From Candidatus Daviesbacteria bacterium (GTDB lineage: Bacteria; Patescibacteriota; Microgenomatia; Daviesbacterales; UBA10151): DNA of 64,000 nucleotides. Made by a program: the position numbers and the translations under genes. The first letter of the stretch is position 1; each line of letters starts with the position of its first letter. The stretch lies in NCBI GenBank assembly GCA_016176405.1, contig JACOXG010000013.1:398-64397 (forward strand), given 5' to 3'. Under the pieces are notes generated by a model, which was given only the letters and a program-made list of their open reading frames with translations, ran no database searches and was not told where the DNA came from. Of this stretch, positions 10,465 through 21,051 are shown in pieces.

Positions 10465-11508
10465 ATGAGTTTTGTAATACCTGCACTGATTGCTTTTTTG
10501 GCAACTGTTTTAGCAATTTTCCCAACAATTAAAATTGCCAAAAAATTTAATTTATTAGATCATCCTCAAAAAAGACCTCACCCAGCTCATATTCAAAATA
10601 GAGTTGTTCCTAGGGCCGGTGGATTAGCTATATTTTTTGGTCTGATATCCTCTATCTTACTTTTTATCTCTCCCTCACCACCAATTATCGGGATTATTTT
10701 TGGACTATTAATTCTATTGATAGTGGGCTTACTTGATGACAGATACCCTCACCTTTCCCCATATCTAAGATTGGTCAGTCAATTTATGGCGGCCTTTTTT
10801 GTTGTTTCTCAAGGGGTAGATATAAAATTTATCACCAATCCTTTAGGTGGGATTATTAATTTTTCTCCCCTTTTTGCTTCTATCTTAGCCTTGCTTTGGA
10901 TTGTCTGGGTAATGAATATGATCAACTGGTCTAAAGGGGTTGATGGACAAATGCCAGGCATTACCACTATGGCAGCCATTATCCTAGGACTACTCTCCAT
11001 TAAACTCAACTTTTTGGGAGATCCTTCCCAAGCCGATATAGCCAAACTGTCATTTATCACCGCCGCCTCAAGCTTGGGTTTGTTAATTTTTAATTGGTAT
11101 CCTGCCAAAATTTTTCCTGGATTTTCCGGATCAACCATTTTAGGTTTTATGATTGCAGTTTTGGCCATTCTCTCCGGAGCAAAACTAGCCACAGCCGGTC
11201 TGGTCCTTTTAATTCCTGCCACAGATTTTGCTTATACCTTTTTTCGAAGAGTCTTACAAGGCAAATCTCCTGTTTGGGGAGATCAAGGACACCTCCACCA
11301 TAAACTTTTACAAATAGGTTTATCTCACTCACAAATCTCCTTGTTTTATATTTTGGGATCTGCTATCTTAGGGGCAGTTGCCCTAAGTTTAAATAGTCGA
11401 GGTAAACTATTTGCTGCTTTGCTTTTGGCAACTCTAATTTTGGGTGGGATCTTATGGTTAAACTTTTTTGGGGCCTTATCAAAGCGTCGCGCCCCAGACA
11501 GTGGATAA
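10465..11508 (+). CDS. glycosyltransferase family 4 (MraY/WecA-like polyprenyl-phosphate N-acetylhexosamine-1-phosphate transferase)
   Basis: LLDHPQKRPHPAHIQNRVVPRAGGLAIFFG and VGLLDDRYPHLSP resemble WecA/MraY motifs; NMINWSKGVDG is NxxNxxDGxDG-like; about 10 TM helices. Confidence 0.65.
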   Translation: MSFVIPALIAFLATVLAIFPTIKIAKKFNLLDHPQKRPHPAHIQNRVVPRAGGLAIFFGLISSILLFISPSPPIIGIIFGLLILLIVGLLDDRYPHLSPYLRLVSQFMAAFFVVSQGVDIKFITNPLGGIINFSPLFASILALLWIVWVMNMINWSKGVDGQMPGITTMAAIILGLLSIKLNFLGDPSQADIAKLSFITAASSLGLLIFNWYPAKIFPGFSGSTILGFMIAVLAILSGAKLATAGLVLLIPATDFAYTFFRRVLQGKSPVWGDQGHLHHKLLQIGLSHSQISLFYILGSAILGAVALSLNSRGKLFAALLLATLILGGILWLNFFGALSKRRAPDSG

Positions 11509-12380
11509 AAAATTTTGCTCTTTTTGCCGCCCTAATTTTTTCTGGCACCTTGTTTGACCCCATCAGCCAATTAAAAACCTTACAAGCTTTTGCTCTTTTT
11601 TGCGCTTTTTCCTCAGCCACCTATTTATTAAATGATGTTTTTGATATTGAAAGGGATAAACTTCATCCATTTAAAAAAAGGCGGGCCATTACCTCCGGAA
11701 TAATCCCGGTCTGGTTGGCCGTTACAATATCACTTTTAATTGTGGCCATAGGACTACCCATATCCTATCAACTCTCCCCTTCCTTTTTCTTTGCTGCCCT
11801 GGCCTATTTAGTCTTACAACTTTTCTATTCTGCCTATTTAAAACAGATTATTTTAATTGATGTCTTGGTGATTGCAGCAGGATTTGTCTTAAGGGTTTAT
11901 GCCGGGGTTTGGGCAATTGATGCCCACTTAAATGTTTGGTTTTTACTCTCTGTCACCTCATTTGCTCTCTTTTTGGCAATTGGTAAAAGACGATCTGAAA
12001 GAACTTTAATGGAAGCTCAAGCTGGACGTCACCGAGAAACTTTACTCCATTATCCCCCCAACTTATTGGATAGCTTAACCACCATGTTTGCCAATTCTAC
12101 CTGGTTAACCTATGCCTTTTTTGCCTTTTTGCAACCTCCCATTTCTGCCCCTCATGCCTTTATTACCTTTTTAGGTGTGTTTGAACTGCCTCAAGGAGAG
12201 GCTAAATATTTAATGGTCACTGTTCCTGTTGTGATATATGCAGTCATGAGATATCTCTATATTATCTATGAGAAAAAAGAAGGTGAATCACCTGAAAGGG
12301 TGATATTAACTGATATGCCTCTTTTGATAACTGTGATTATTTGGTTAGGTCTAGTTTTAGGAATAATTTATTATTTGTAA
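11454..12380 (+). CDS. UbiA-family prenyltransferase, decaprenyl-phosphate phosphoribosyltransferase (DPPR synthase)-like
   Basis: N-terminal RPRQWIKN plus LNDVFDIERDKLHPFKKRRAITSG (NDxxDxxxD...HPxKxxRxxxSG signature); polytopic membrane protein. Confidence 0.65.
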   Translation: MVKLFWGLIKASRPRQWIKNFALFAALIFSGTLFDPISQLKTLQAFALFCAFSSATYLLNDVFDIERDKLHPFKKRRAITSGIIPVWLAVTISLLIVAIGLPISYQLSPSFFFAALAYLVLQLFYSAYLKQIILIDVLVIAAGFVLRVYAGVWAIDAHLNVWFLLSVTSFALFLAIGKRRSERTLMEAQAGRHRETLLHYPPNLLDSLTTMFANSTWLTYAFFAFLQPPISAPHAFITFLGVFELPQGEAKYLMVTVPVVIYAVMRYLYIIYEKKEGESPERVILTDMPLLITVIIWLGLVLGIIYYL

Positions 12381-12381
12381 T

Positions 12382-13203
12382 TTATTGCTCTTCTTTTTCA
12401 ATATAAGTTGCGGAAACATAGCCTTCTGTACCGTCAGCCAATCTGACTCTGGCCCAAGATGGCAACTCTTCTAAAAGTATTAGTTTGTCTCCTGGTTTAA
12501 CCTGAGTTATTTCTTTACCTGCCAAAGATGGCTTATCTCTAACTCTTAAAAAGCCGGTAGGAGTATCTAAGACCACAACTTCCAGAGTTTGGGTAATAAC
12601 TGGAGTCTGAACACTGGTCAAATCTGCCTCAGATAACTGAAGATCAATTAAGACAATTAAATTATAACCTTCAGGCAGATTGGCCTTGGTATTTCTTTCT
12701 AAATAATTTGAATGGTTTAAGCTGATGTTATGCTCACCGCTATCGATTGCGACAGTGATGGGAGTTTTACCATAAGCTTTGCCATCTATCTTAAGTTCTG
12801 CCTCTTGAGGATTTGATAAAACAGTGATGCCTCTGCCCTTGGTTAAAGTCAATATTTCCCCAACTGATGAATAAGGATCCTGTGATAACTCCCTACTAAC
12901 TACAGTAATAGTGCCCTCATTAAGTTTCACCTTTCCCTGCCAGAAAAGATTATCTTTTTGTATCTTTAAATCATATTCCTTTGGCTCTAAACCTTTACTT
13001 TCAAATGGGGTGATACCAATTTCCTTCCCATCAAGTATCACTGCTGCTCCTTCGGGTGCAGAAGTCACAGTCAGACCACTTAGCCCTTTAATACCCAATA
13101 AGAATTCTAAACCCTGACCTCCAAATCTGATCAAAAGAAAAAGAATACTGATTAAAAGCAAAAATAAAATTATAGTTTTTTTCATCTTTGACAACTTTAG
13201 CAA
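12382..13203 (-). CDS. secreted/anchored protein with PEGA domains and a C-terminal bacterial SH3-like domain
   Basis: N-terminal signal/TM segment; PEGAAVILDGKEIGITP is a PEGA motif; repeated beta-rich modules; C-terminal GYVSATYI SH3b-like. Confidence 0.45.
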   Translation of the reverse strand: MLKLSKMKKTIILFLLLISILFLLIRFGGQGLEFLLGIKGLSGLTVTSAPEGAAVILDGKEIGITPFESKGLEPKEYDLKIQKDNLFWQGKVKLNEGTITVVSRELSQDPYSSVGEILTLTKGRGITVLSNPQEAELKIDGKAYGKTPITVAIDSGEHNISLNHSNYLERNTKANLPEGYNLIVLIDLQLSEADLTSVQTPVITQTLEVVVLDTPTGFLRVRDKPSLAGKEITQVKPGDKLILLEELPSWARVRLADGTEGYVSATYIEKEEQ

Positions 13204-13240
13204 AATCTGCTAATATTCACAACTTATCCGGGCCCAAAGC

Positions 13241-13876
13241 TTGAAAAGATACCAAAAAAACCTTCTGTCTAGGAAAGTTTCTGACGGGGTCGCCCCAATT
13301 TTTAAACTTTCTAAAATTAAGTCCAGGTTTTCCAAAAAGTTTAGCAGGCTTACTATTATCTCCTTAATGCTGATATTTTTGTCAGGTTATTACCCGACAT
13401 TCACTTTTCCACCCCTTAAATCATCTCAAGTTCGCGCCAATACTCAAGAAGAAAAAGGAGAAGTTGTGGCTTTATCGTTTCCGAAACCTTTAGTACTACC
13501 CCATCCAGGTTATTTATCAGCCAAATTTTACAGATGGCACCCAGGAGTTGACATAGCCACAGGTTTAGGGATGCCCATCCATCCTATTACTGAAGGGATT
13601 ATAGAAGATACTGGTTTTGGTTTTTGGGGATATGGTAACAATGTCCTAATTTCCCATGCTAATGGATTTAAATCATTTTATGCTCATATGGGAAAAATTT
13701 ATGTTAAAAAGGGACAAACAGTGAGATCGGAAGACACCTTAGGAGAGGTTGGTATGACCGGTCATACCTCAGGTCCTCATACTCATTTAGAAATCACTCA
13801 TAATGGAAATTATATTGATCCTACCACCATCCTACCAGAAATTCCTACCATGCCCAAAATTATTGTTAAGAAATAA
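13241..13876 (+). CDS. M23 family (LytM-like) peptidoglycan endopeptidase
   Basis: HPGVDIA ... GMTGHTSGPHTHLEI, the classic M23 HxxxD / HxH zinc motifs. Confidence 0.8.
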   Translation: MKRYQKNLLSRKVSDGVAPIFKLSKIKSRFSKKFSRLTIISLMLIFLSGYYPTFTFPPLKSSQVRANTQEEKGEVVALSFPKPLVLPHPGYLSAKFYRWHPGVDIATGLGMPIHPITEGIIEDTGFGFWGYGNNVLISHANGFKSFYAHMGKIYVKKGQTVRSEDTLGEVGMTGHTSGPHTHLEITHNGNYIDPTTILPEIPTMPKIIVKK

Positions 13877-14462
13877 TCTCTCCCTCCACAGTTGAGATTG
13901 GTACCCCTCTTAAACCAACCTGTTCTCTTTCTCTGTTAATCAGTCTTTCCAAAAGATTTTTAATTTCAATTGGATAATCAATATATTTTAAAACAATCGA
14001 TCCTCCTCCGGCAGTATGAATCATAATGTTACCATGATGAAAAAATAATCTGTCAATAAAGGTTTGATCAACTTCGAGATGAGTCACCTTATCATATAAA
14101 GCACTCATCAGTTTGACAGAAAAAAGCCCTCTTTTAAAAATAACTCTTCTGGTTGTCAGCAAATACCTATTAGCATGATAGATATGCATGGTACGCAAAA
14201 TGGCAGCCAAAATCATCAGAAAAATAGCCAAGAAAAAAGCCCACATTCTGGCTGATTCTTCTAATCCTAACAGCCAACCTATGCCTAAGCCAATTCCAAA
14301 AAAAAGCATTCCAGGAAAAAGTAAATACATCACAAATTTAGAGCGGATATACGCTCTAGAAAAGGAGGTCACTAAAACTAATTCCTCATCTTCAGACAGA
14401 TATTTGGCAAAAGCTTTTCTTTGTTTCTCAGTAGGAGCTTCCCTGTAGTGATATTTAGCCAT
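13866..14462 (-). CDS. membrane protein with a bacterial PH (bPH_2 / YdbT-like) domain
   Basis: Two TM helices, then RRVIFKRGLFSVK...IMIHTAGGGSIVLKYIDYP typical of the bPH_2 family. Confidence 0.5.
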   Translation of the reverse strand: MAKYHYREAPTEKQRKAFAKYLSEDEELVLVTSFSRAYIRSKFVMYLLFPGMLFFGIGLGIGWLLGLEESARMWAFFLAIFLMILAAILRTMHIYHANRYLLTTRRVIFKRGLFSVKLMSALYDKVTHLEVDQTFIDRLFFHHGNIMIHTAGGGSIVLKYIDYPIEIKNLLERLINREREQVGLRGVPISTVEGEIIS

Positions 14463-14851
14463 CAGCTAAATTGTAGCACGATTTGACGTTCCCGCGGTCC
14501 ATCAAATTCTATTAACACAACTTTTTGCCAAGTTCCTAAGATAAGTTTTCCATGTTCTACTGGAACAGTTAAAGATGTGCCAATTAAGGCAGATGAAATA
14601 TGATCGGGGGTATGTCCTGGATCATGTGGATGCTTGTAATTCAATTTTGGAACCATTTTCTCAAAAGCAGCCAAATAATCCTGATCAGTCCCGGGGTCCA
14701 AATCAGCAGTAGTAAGGGCTGCTGTAGTATGAGTTAAAAATAAATTACAAATCCCATCCTTAATTTCTAATTTCTCAATTTCCTCATTAACTTGATCGGT
14801 AATATCCACTACTTCTCTTTTTTTAGCAGTTTTTACAGAAATTTTAATCAC
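14462..14851 (-). CDS. YjbQ/UPF0047 family protein (secondary thiamine-phosphate synthase-like)
   Basis: TAALTTADLDPGTDQDYL...HPHDPGHTPDHISSALIGTSLTVPV matches the conserved YjbQ core. Confidence 0.7.
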   Translation of the reverse strand: MIKISVKTAKKREVVDITDQVNEEIEKLEIKDGICNLFLTHTTAALTTADLDPGTDQDYLAAFEKMVPKLNYKHPHDPGHTPDHISSALIGTSLTVPVEHGKLILGTWQKVVLIEFDGPRERQIVLQFS

Positions 14852-14869
14852 AACAACTATTATAATGGA

Positions 14870-16516
<1,647 letters not shown>

Positions 16517-16529
16517 TTACCCTTTAAGA

Positions 16530-16823
16530 TTAACCTCCTTTTGCCAGTCCAGTCTGAACAAGAAAATCTAAATCATACATTCCGACCCTATCTACTGGTT
16601 CACCCCTGGCAATTCGAATACCCAAAGTCACACCATAAAAAAGATTCTGCCTCATCCCATGAGCCATAGTATTTATATCGTCATTAGGAAGTCCAGAACT
16701 TAGTAAATCTTCTAATCTTTTTGCTACACTATTTTCGCCTTCGCTATAAGGAAGCTCTGATATTGCATCCATGTGGGCGTTTAAAGCTAATATAGCATTG
16801 TCTAAATTTATTTCTTGGCTCAT
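16530..16823 (-). CDS. hypothetical 97-aa protein encoded between groES and groEL
   Basis: The ORF exactly fills the 314-bp groES-groEL spacer. Its ATG is 4 nt after the groES stop and its stop is 16 nt before the groEL start. I recognise no motif. Confidence 0.45.
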   Translation of the reverse strand: MSQEINLDNAILALNAHMDAISELPYSEGENSVAKRLEDLLSSGLPNDDINTMAHGMRQNLFYGVTLGIRIARGEPVDRVGMYDLDFLVQTGLAKGG

Positions 16824-16827
16824 ATTT

Positions 16828-17151
16828 TTACTCCAAAATTGCCATTAGATCATCAAATTTTACTAATTTTAATTCTTTTCCTTCTACCTTTATTTCATCT
16901 CCACCCCATTTTTTATAAACTACTTTATCTCCATTTTTAACTGGGCATTTGACCACTTTACCATTTTCTAAAACCATGTCATCTCCACAAGCTACAACTG
17001 TTCCCTGAGCTGGTTTTTCTTGAGCAGATTCTGGCAGGATAATTCCGGAGGCAGTGGTACTTTCAGCTTCAGAAGGCTCAACTAACACATAACCCATTAA
17101 GGGTTTTATAGAAATTTTATTTACTTTTTTATTCTTTCTTGCTTTTGTCAT
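16828..17151 (-). CDS. groS: co-chaperonin GroES (Cpn10) with a short basic N-terminal extension
   Basis: IKPLMGYVLVEP...GIILPESAQEKPAQGTVVACG...GDKVVYKKWGG is the typical GroES core; MTKARKNKKVNK precedes the usual start. Confidence 0.9.
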   Translation of the reverse strand: MTKARKNKKVNKISIKPLMGYVLVEPSEAESTTASGIILPESAQEKPAQGTVVACGDDMVLENGKVVKCPVKNGDKVVYKKWGGDEIKVEGKELKLVKFDDLMAILE

Positions 17152-17211
17152 GAAATATTATGGGGCAGACTTGTCCGCCGAAGCCTTATGCGGAGGCGGA
17201 ATCAGGTACAA

Positions 17212-17240
17212 AATATACAAAATTTAGCACTAAATGTCAA
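17212..17240 (-). promoter_or_regulatory. sigma70-type promoter for groES-groEL (TTGACA - 17 nt - TATATT) overlapping a degenerate CIRCE-like inverted repeat
   Basis: The minus strand reads cTTGACAtttagtgctaaattttgTATATTttg. The adjacent TTAGCACT..GTGTTGCTA is a partial CIRCE match. A GC hairpin (TCCGCC..GGCGGA) lies in the 5' leader at 17175-17198. Confidence 0.5.
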
Positions 17241-18114
17241 GTGTTGCTAGTTTTTCTTTGAAAGATCTTAAAATCTTAGGCCTAATGTCATTAGGATGGA
17301 AATATAGGGCTCCTTCTTGGATCCTCTCCTGACCAATAGATTTTTGCATGATCTTTAACTGAAACCATTTAGATATAGCTTCTAAAGTATCAAAAGTAGT
17401 AGAAATATCAGAGGTATCAGAAGCTTTTGATACATTTGATACTTTTCCATCCTTTGATACCTTTTCCTGAGCTATCCAATTTGGTAAAAATTTAAATACC
17501 CATTCATTATCAGATAAATACTTAGAATAAACCCCATCTCTCTCCCAAATAACCCTCATTTGTAAAACTTCATGAGCTGTATAAAGATCTTTATTTTTTT
17601 GTTCTAAACAATCTTCTTCCAGTAAAATATTTAGACAAATTTTTCCGGCAATTTTTTGGCCAAAATCTTTTGTAGTTCTTCTTTGTCCAGTTAAAGATAA
17701 AAGTCCCAAAGCCAAAAGTCTGCTAATCCATAATCTATTTTCAGCTGTAATCACAATTAAATCTATATCATCCCCTTTTTCAGCATTTTCCATAGCCAGC
17801 CCACCAGAAATTCCCACCAACTTTATCCAGGGAATAATTTTTAGTAGCTGAGAAATAACAGTTACCTTCCTTATATATAATAGTGACTGTCTTTCTCTTC
17901 TTTTTCTTTTTACTACAATACTTTTTCTCCCTAGCAAAAAATAATAACCACTTTGCACTTGGCACTTCCCACTTTGCACTAATTTCCCCAAACTCTTCTC
18001 CACTTGCCTTAAATTAGCTTTTCTGCCAATCAGCCATTTATGAATTTCAAAAAAGTTTAACGGATAATCAAAAATATCAGCGTAAACTAAAGTTTTCAAG
18101 ATTGCTTTATTCAT
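17230..18114 (-). CDS. nucleotidyltransferase-domain protein (Pol-beta superfamily), function unknown
   Basis: GISGGLAMENAEKGDDIDLIVI matches the GS...DhD nucleotidyltransferase motif. Confidence 0.4.
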   Translation of the reverse strand: MNKAILKTLVYADIFDYPLNFFEIHKWLIGRKANLRQVEKSLGKLVQSGKCQVQSGYYFLLGRKSIVVKRKRRERQSLLYIRKVTVISQLLKIIPWIKLVGISGGLAMENAEKGDDIDLIVITAENRLWISRLLALGLLSLTGQRRTTKDFGQKIAGKICLNILLEEDCLEQKNKDLYTAHEVLQMRVIWERDGVYSKYLSDNEWVFKFLPNWIAQEKVSKDGKVSNVSKASDTSDISTTFDTLEAISKWFQLKIMQKSIGQERIQEGALYFHPNDIRPKILRSFKEKLATLDI

Positions 18115-18156
18115 AATTTATAAATCTTAAATCATAAATCATATATAATATCAAGC

Positions 18157-19098
18157 ATGCTTAAATTTATGGATAATTATCCAATGAAAAATCTGACTAC
18201 CTTAAAGATTGGTGGTCCTGCTAAAAAATTTGTCAAAGTTACTAATCCTAATGAATTAATTGAAGCTATAAATTATGCCAAACAAAATAATTTAGAATAT
18301 TTAGTTATTGGTGGAGGAAGCAATCTTTTAGTTTCTGATAAAGGAGTTGATAAATTAATTATCAAAAATGAAATTTTGGGTATTGAACATCAAGGTCAAA
18401 ATATAAAAGTAAAAAGTGGCACAGTTTTGCAAGATTTAGTACATTACTCTATTTCCCATGGGCTGTTGGGAATCCAAAAAATGACAGGAATTCCCGGCAC
18501 AGTTGGTGGAGCAGTTTATGGTAATGCTGGTGCTTATGGCCAAACCATTTCCGACAACATCATTTCTGTTGTCGTCCTGAGCGACCGAAGGGAGTCGAAG
18601 GATCTAATTACTTTAAATAAAGATGATTGCAATTTTAATTACCGGGATAGTGGTTTCAAGAAAAATAAATACACTATTCTAGAAGTGAGATTTAGTTTAA
18701 ATACTAATAATCCAACCACCCTAGATCAAGAGGCTAAAGATGTATTATCCAAAAGATTAATTAAATATCCCCCAGGTATTAAATGTCCTGGGTCTTTTTT
18801 CAAAAATATAGTGGCAGAAACTTTACCAAAAGAAATTTTAGAAAAAATTCCATCAGAAAAAATAACCTATGGCAAAATTTCAGCAGGATATTTATTAGAA
18901 AGCGTTGGTGCCAATGGCCAAGTTCTGGATGGAATAGAAATTGCCGGATATCATGCCAATTTATTTATTAATAAAGGCGGTGGCAGCGCCCAAACTTTCT
19001 ACACTTTAGCCAAAAAATATAGCCAAAAGGTAAAAGAAAAATTTGGCATCACCTTAGAACCCGAAGTCCAACTAATCAACCTTCCACCAATATCTTGA
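18157..19098 (+). CDS. murB: UDP-N-acetylenolpyruvoylglucosamine reductase MurB
   Basis: FAD-binding N-terminus (LKIGGPAKKFV, VIGGGSNLLVSD) and C-terminal MurB domain. An in-frame copy of the dispersed repeat lies at 18571-18605 (VVLSDRRESKDL). Confidence 0.8.
   Translation: MLKFMDNYPMKNLTTLKIGGPAKKFVKVTNPNELIEAINYAKQNNLEYLVIGGGSNLLVSDKGVDKLIIKNEILGIEHQGQNIKVKSGTVLQDLVHYSISHGLLGIQKMTGIPGTVGGAVYGNAGAYGQTISDNIISVVVLSDRRESKDLITLNKDDCNFNYRDSGFKKNKYTILEVRFSLNTNNPTTLDQEAKDVLSKRLIKYPPGIKCPGSFFKNIVAETLPKEILEKIPSEKITYGKISAGYLLESVGANGQVLDGIEIAGYHANLFINKGGGSAQTFYTLAKKYSQKVKEKFGITLEPEVQLINLPPIS
18571..18605 (+). repeat. copy of the dispersed GTCATCCTGAGCG..CGAAGGATC repeat family, inside murB in-frame
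   Basis: gtcgtcctgagcgaccgaagggagtcgaaggatct. Confidence 0.55.
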
Positions 19099-19107
19099 TT
19101 TTAAAAG

Positions 19108-19908
19108 TTGGTTAAAGTATACTTAAAAATAATGCGCTATTTTGCCATACTGATTTCCCTAGCAGCAGTTTTATTTTTCATAGCCAGCCCCACTTTTGCA
19201 GCACCACCTGACAACCCTCTCTCAAATGTTCCGGAAAGATCCGGTTTATATGATGACCCTGATCATCCAGGTATAAAGGTGCGAGTGATTGTCCATCCGG
19301 AAAAACCCAACCAAACTTCCAACTCTGTTTTAGTTTGTTCTTTGGATGATCCTGATTCCTCCGCAGTAGTTTCCCCTGAAGCTTGGCACCTACCCTCTAA
19401 CTGGACTTACAATTTAAATCCCTCCTCAGTCCCTTCATCAGTTGGTGTTGGTTCATCTACTTTATCAACCATGGCCGGAAATGGTTTTGCAGATTGGTCT
19501 TCGGCTATTTCCGGTAAAGTTAACTTCTTAAGAGGTACAGATACTTCTATTGCCAGATCTGCCTATGATAGTAAAAATATTATTGCCTGGGGTAGGACTC
19601 AGGGCACAGCTTTGGGAGTTACCTATATCAGGTATTACACCTCCAGCGGGTTGGCAGTCGATGTTGATACCATCATGAACAAAAAGTTTAGCTGGAAATG
19701 GTCAAATTCTAACTCCTGTGCTTTTGATGATGCTTATGATGCAGAAAATGTTTTAACCCATGAAATCGGACACTGGCTGGGATTAGATGATGAGTATGAT
19801 GTTATCTTTACTGATAACACCATGTTCGGTTATGCTGATAAAGGAGAGGTCAAGAAGAATACCTTAACCACTGGGGATATTTTAGGCGCTCAATCCATCT
19901 ATCCATAA
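19108..19908 (+). CDS. secreted zinc metalloprotease, snapalysin (M7)-like
   Basis: Signal peptide (FIASPTFA|APP); HEIGHWLGLDD matches the snapalysin HExxHxxGxxD motif, followed by a Met-turn-like MFGY. Confidence 0.65.
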   Translation: MVKVYLKIMRYFAILISLAAVLFFIASPTFAAPPDNPLSNVPERSGLYDDPDHPGIKVRVIVHPEKPNQTSNSVLVCSLDDPDSSAVVSPEAWHLPSNWTYNLNPSSVPSSVGVGSSTLSTMAGNGFADWSSAISGKVNFLRGTDTSIARSAYDSKNIIAWGRTQGTALGVTYIRYYTSSGLAVDVDTIMNKKFSWKWSNSNSCAFDDAYDAENVLTHEIGHWLGLDDEYDVIFTDNTMFGYADKGEVKKNTLTTGDILGAQSIYP

Positions 19909-19910
19909 AT

Positions 19911-20099
19911 TTACTCATTAATGATGTTATTTTCAATTAAAAAGTCTTTGACAATGACAAAGAATTGATTGTGTCCCTCATCACTCATATGTACTCCATC
20001 AACCAGTAAACTGGAGTAATCTTTATTGATGAACTGGCGGTAGATTTCTATAAAATGAACATTCTCTTTTAATTTCTGCCATACTTTAATTAACAGTAT
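19911..20099 (-). pseudogene. start-less C-terminal remnant of an SGNH/GDSL-family hydrolase
   Basis: An open frame without a start codon reads ...IEIYRQFINKDYSSLLVDGVHMSDEGHNQFFVIVKDFL...*. DGVHMSDEGH matches SGNH block V (DxxH catalytic Asp/His). It overlaps the 3' end of the neighbouring gene by 14 nt. Confidence 0.35.
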
Positions 20100-21033
20100 T
20101 TATTGGTTTCCCTTTGAGAAAAGCTTCCATGTTATCAAAAAATATTTCCTGTTTAGTAATTCTTGCCTCAGCAGACATAAATCCGACAGTAGGATACAAG
20201 ATACAATTTTCGTACTTTGATAATCTTTTAGCATCATTTTTATCTAATTCATCTGCATGATCAGTAATAAAAGTAATATCTTCTTTTTTTAATCTTTGTT
20301 CTAAAGCTTCTAAATCTGTAATCTCATTTGGAACTGTACTGATAATCAAAGCTCCATGTTTAATACTATTTATCCTTTTTTTATTTAAAAAATGCTTAGT
20401 TTCTGGAGTTTCTGCAAAATGAAGTGAGATTATATCCGCATCTTGTATTAACTGATCGGCATCTTGGTATTTAATACCTTCTCTTTCTAAATCTTTTTTT
20501 CTGTGTTTTGACCAATACCTCACATCAGCTCCAAACCCTTTGGCAATTTGTGCAACTCTTCCTCCAATCATTCCCAAACCCAAAACCGCAAATACTTTAT
20601 CTTTTATTTCTGTGGCTCTTAAACCCACTCCTGAATAATTACCTTTACTTCCTCTACTTTTAGCTTTAGCTATATCTCTAATATTTTCTAAAATTAGTGC
20701 AAAAACCAATTCTGCTACTGACTCTGTAGCATAACCTGGAACATTTGTAACAACTATCCTTTTTTTCTTAGCATAATCAGTATCTATTTTTCCGTAAGCT
20801 GTTGCTAGCGTACTAACATACTTTAAATTTGGCGCTGCATCTATTTCCGCTTTACCAACATCTACTTGAAATCCAGTTAAAATACAATCAGTATCAGCTA
20901 ATTCTTCTTGGATTTGAGGACTATCTTTTGGAAGTATTACTACAGATTCTGCTAGATCATTCAACTTCTCCCAATAAATTGGATCTAATCTATCTTCGCT
21001 AATATTTATTACTAAAGCCTTCTTAAATTTCAT
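20086..21033 (-). CDS. D-isomer-specific 2-hydroxyacid dehydrogenase family (glycerate/phosphoglycerate dehydrogenase-like)
   Basis: NAD-binding GLGMIGGRVAQIAKGFGA (GxGxxG), catalytic-domain layout, conserved R/E/H region (ISLHFAETPET). Confidence 0.7.
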   Translation of the reverse strand: MKFKKALVINISEDRLDPIYWEKLNDLAESVVILPKDSPQIQEELADTDCILTGFQVDVGKAEIDAAPNLKYVSTLATAYGKIDTDYAKKKRIVVTNVPGYATESVAELVFALILENIRDIAKAKSRGSKGNYSGVGLRATEIKDKVFAVLGLGMIGGRVAQIAKGFGADVRYWSKHRKKDLEREGIKYQDADQLIQDADIISLHFAETPETKHFLNKKRINSIKHGALIISTVPNEITDLEALEQRLKKEDITFITDHADELDKNDAKRLSKYENCILYPTVGFMSAEARITKQEIFFDNMEAFLKGKPINTVN

Positions 21034-21051
21034 TTCAAATGAGATTATACT

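Noticed and set aside
17222-17250. CIRCE (HrcA operator) upstream of groES
   Set aside because: Only a partial match (TTAGCACT-N9-GTGTTGCTA versus TTAGCACTC-N9-GAGTGCTAA). It overlaps the -35 region, so I report it only as CIRCE-like within the promoter feature rather than as a confident operator.
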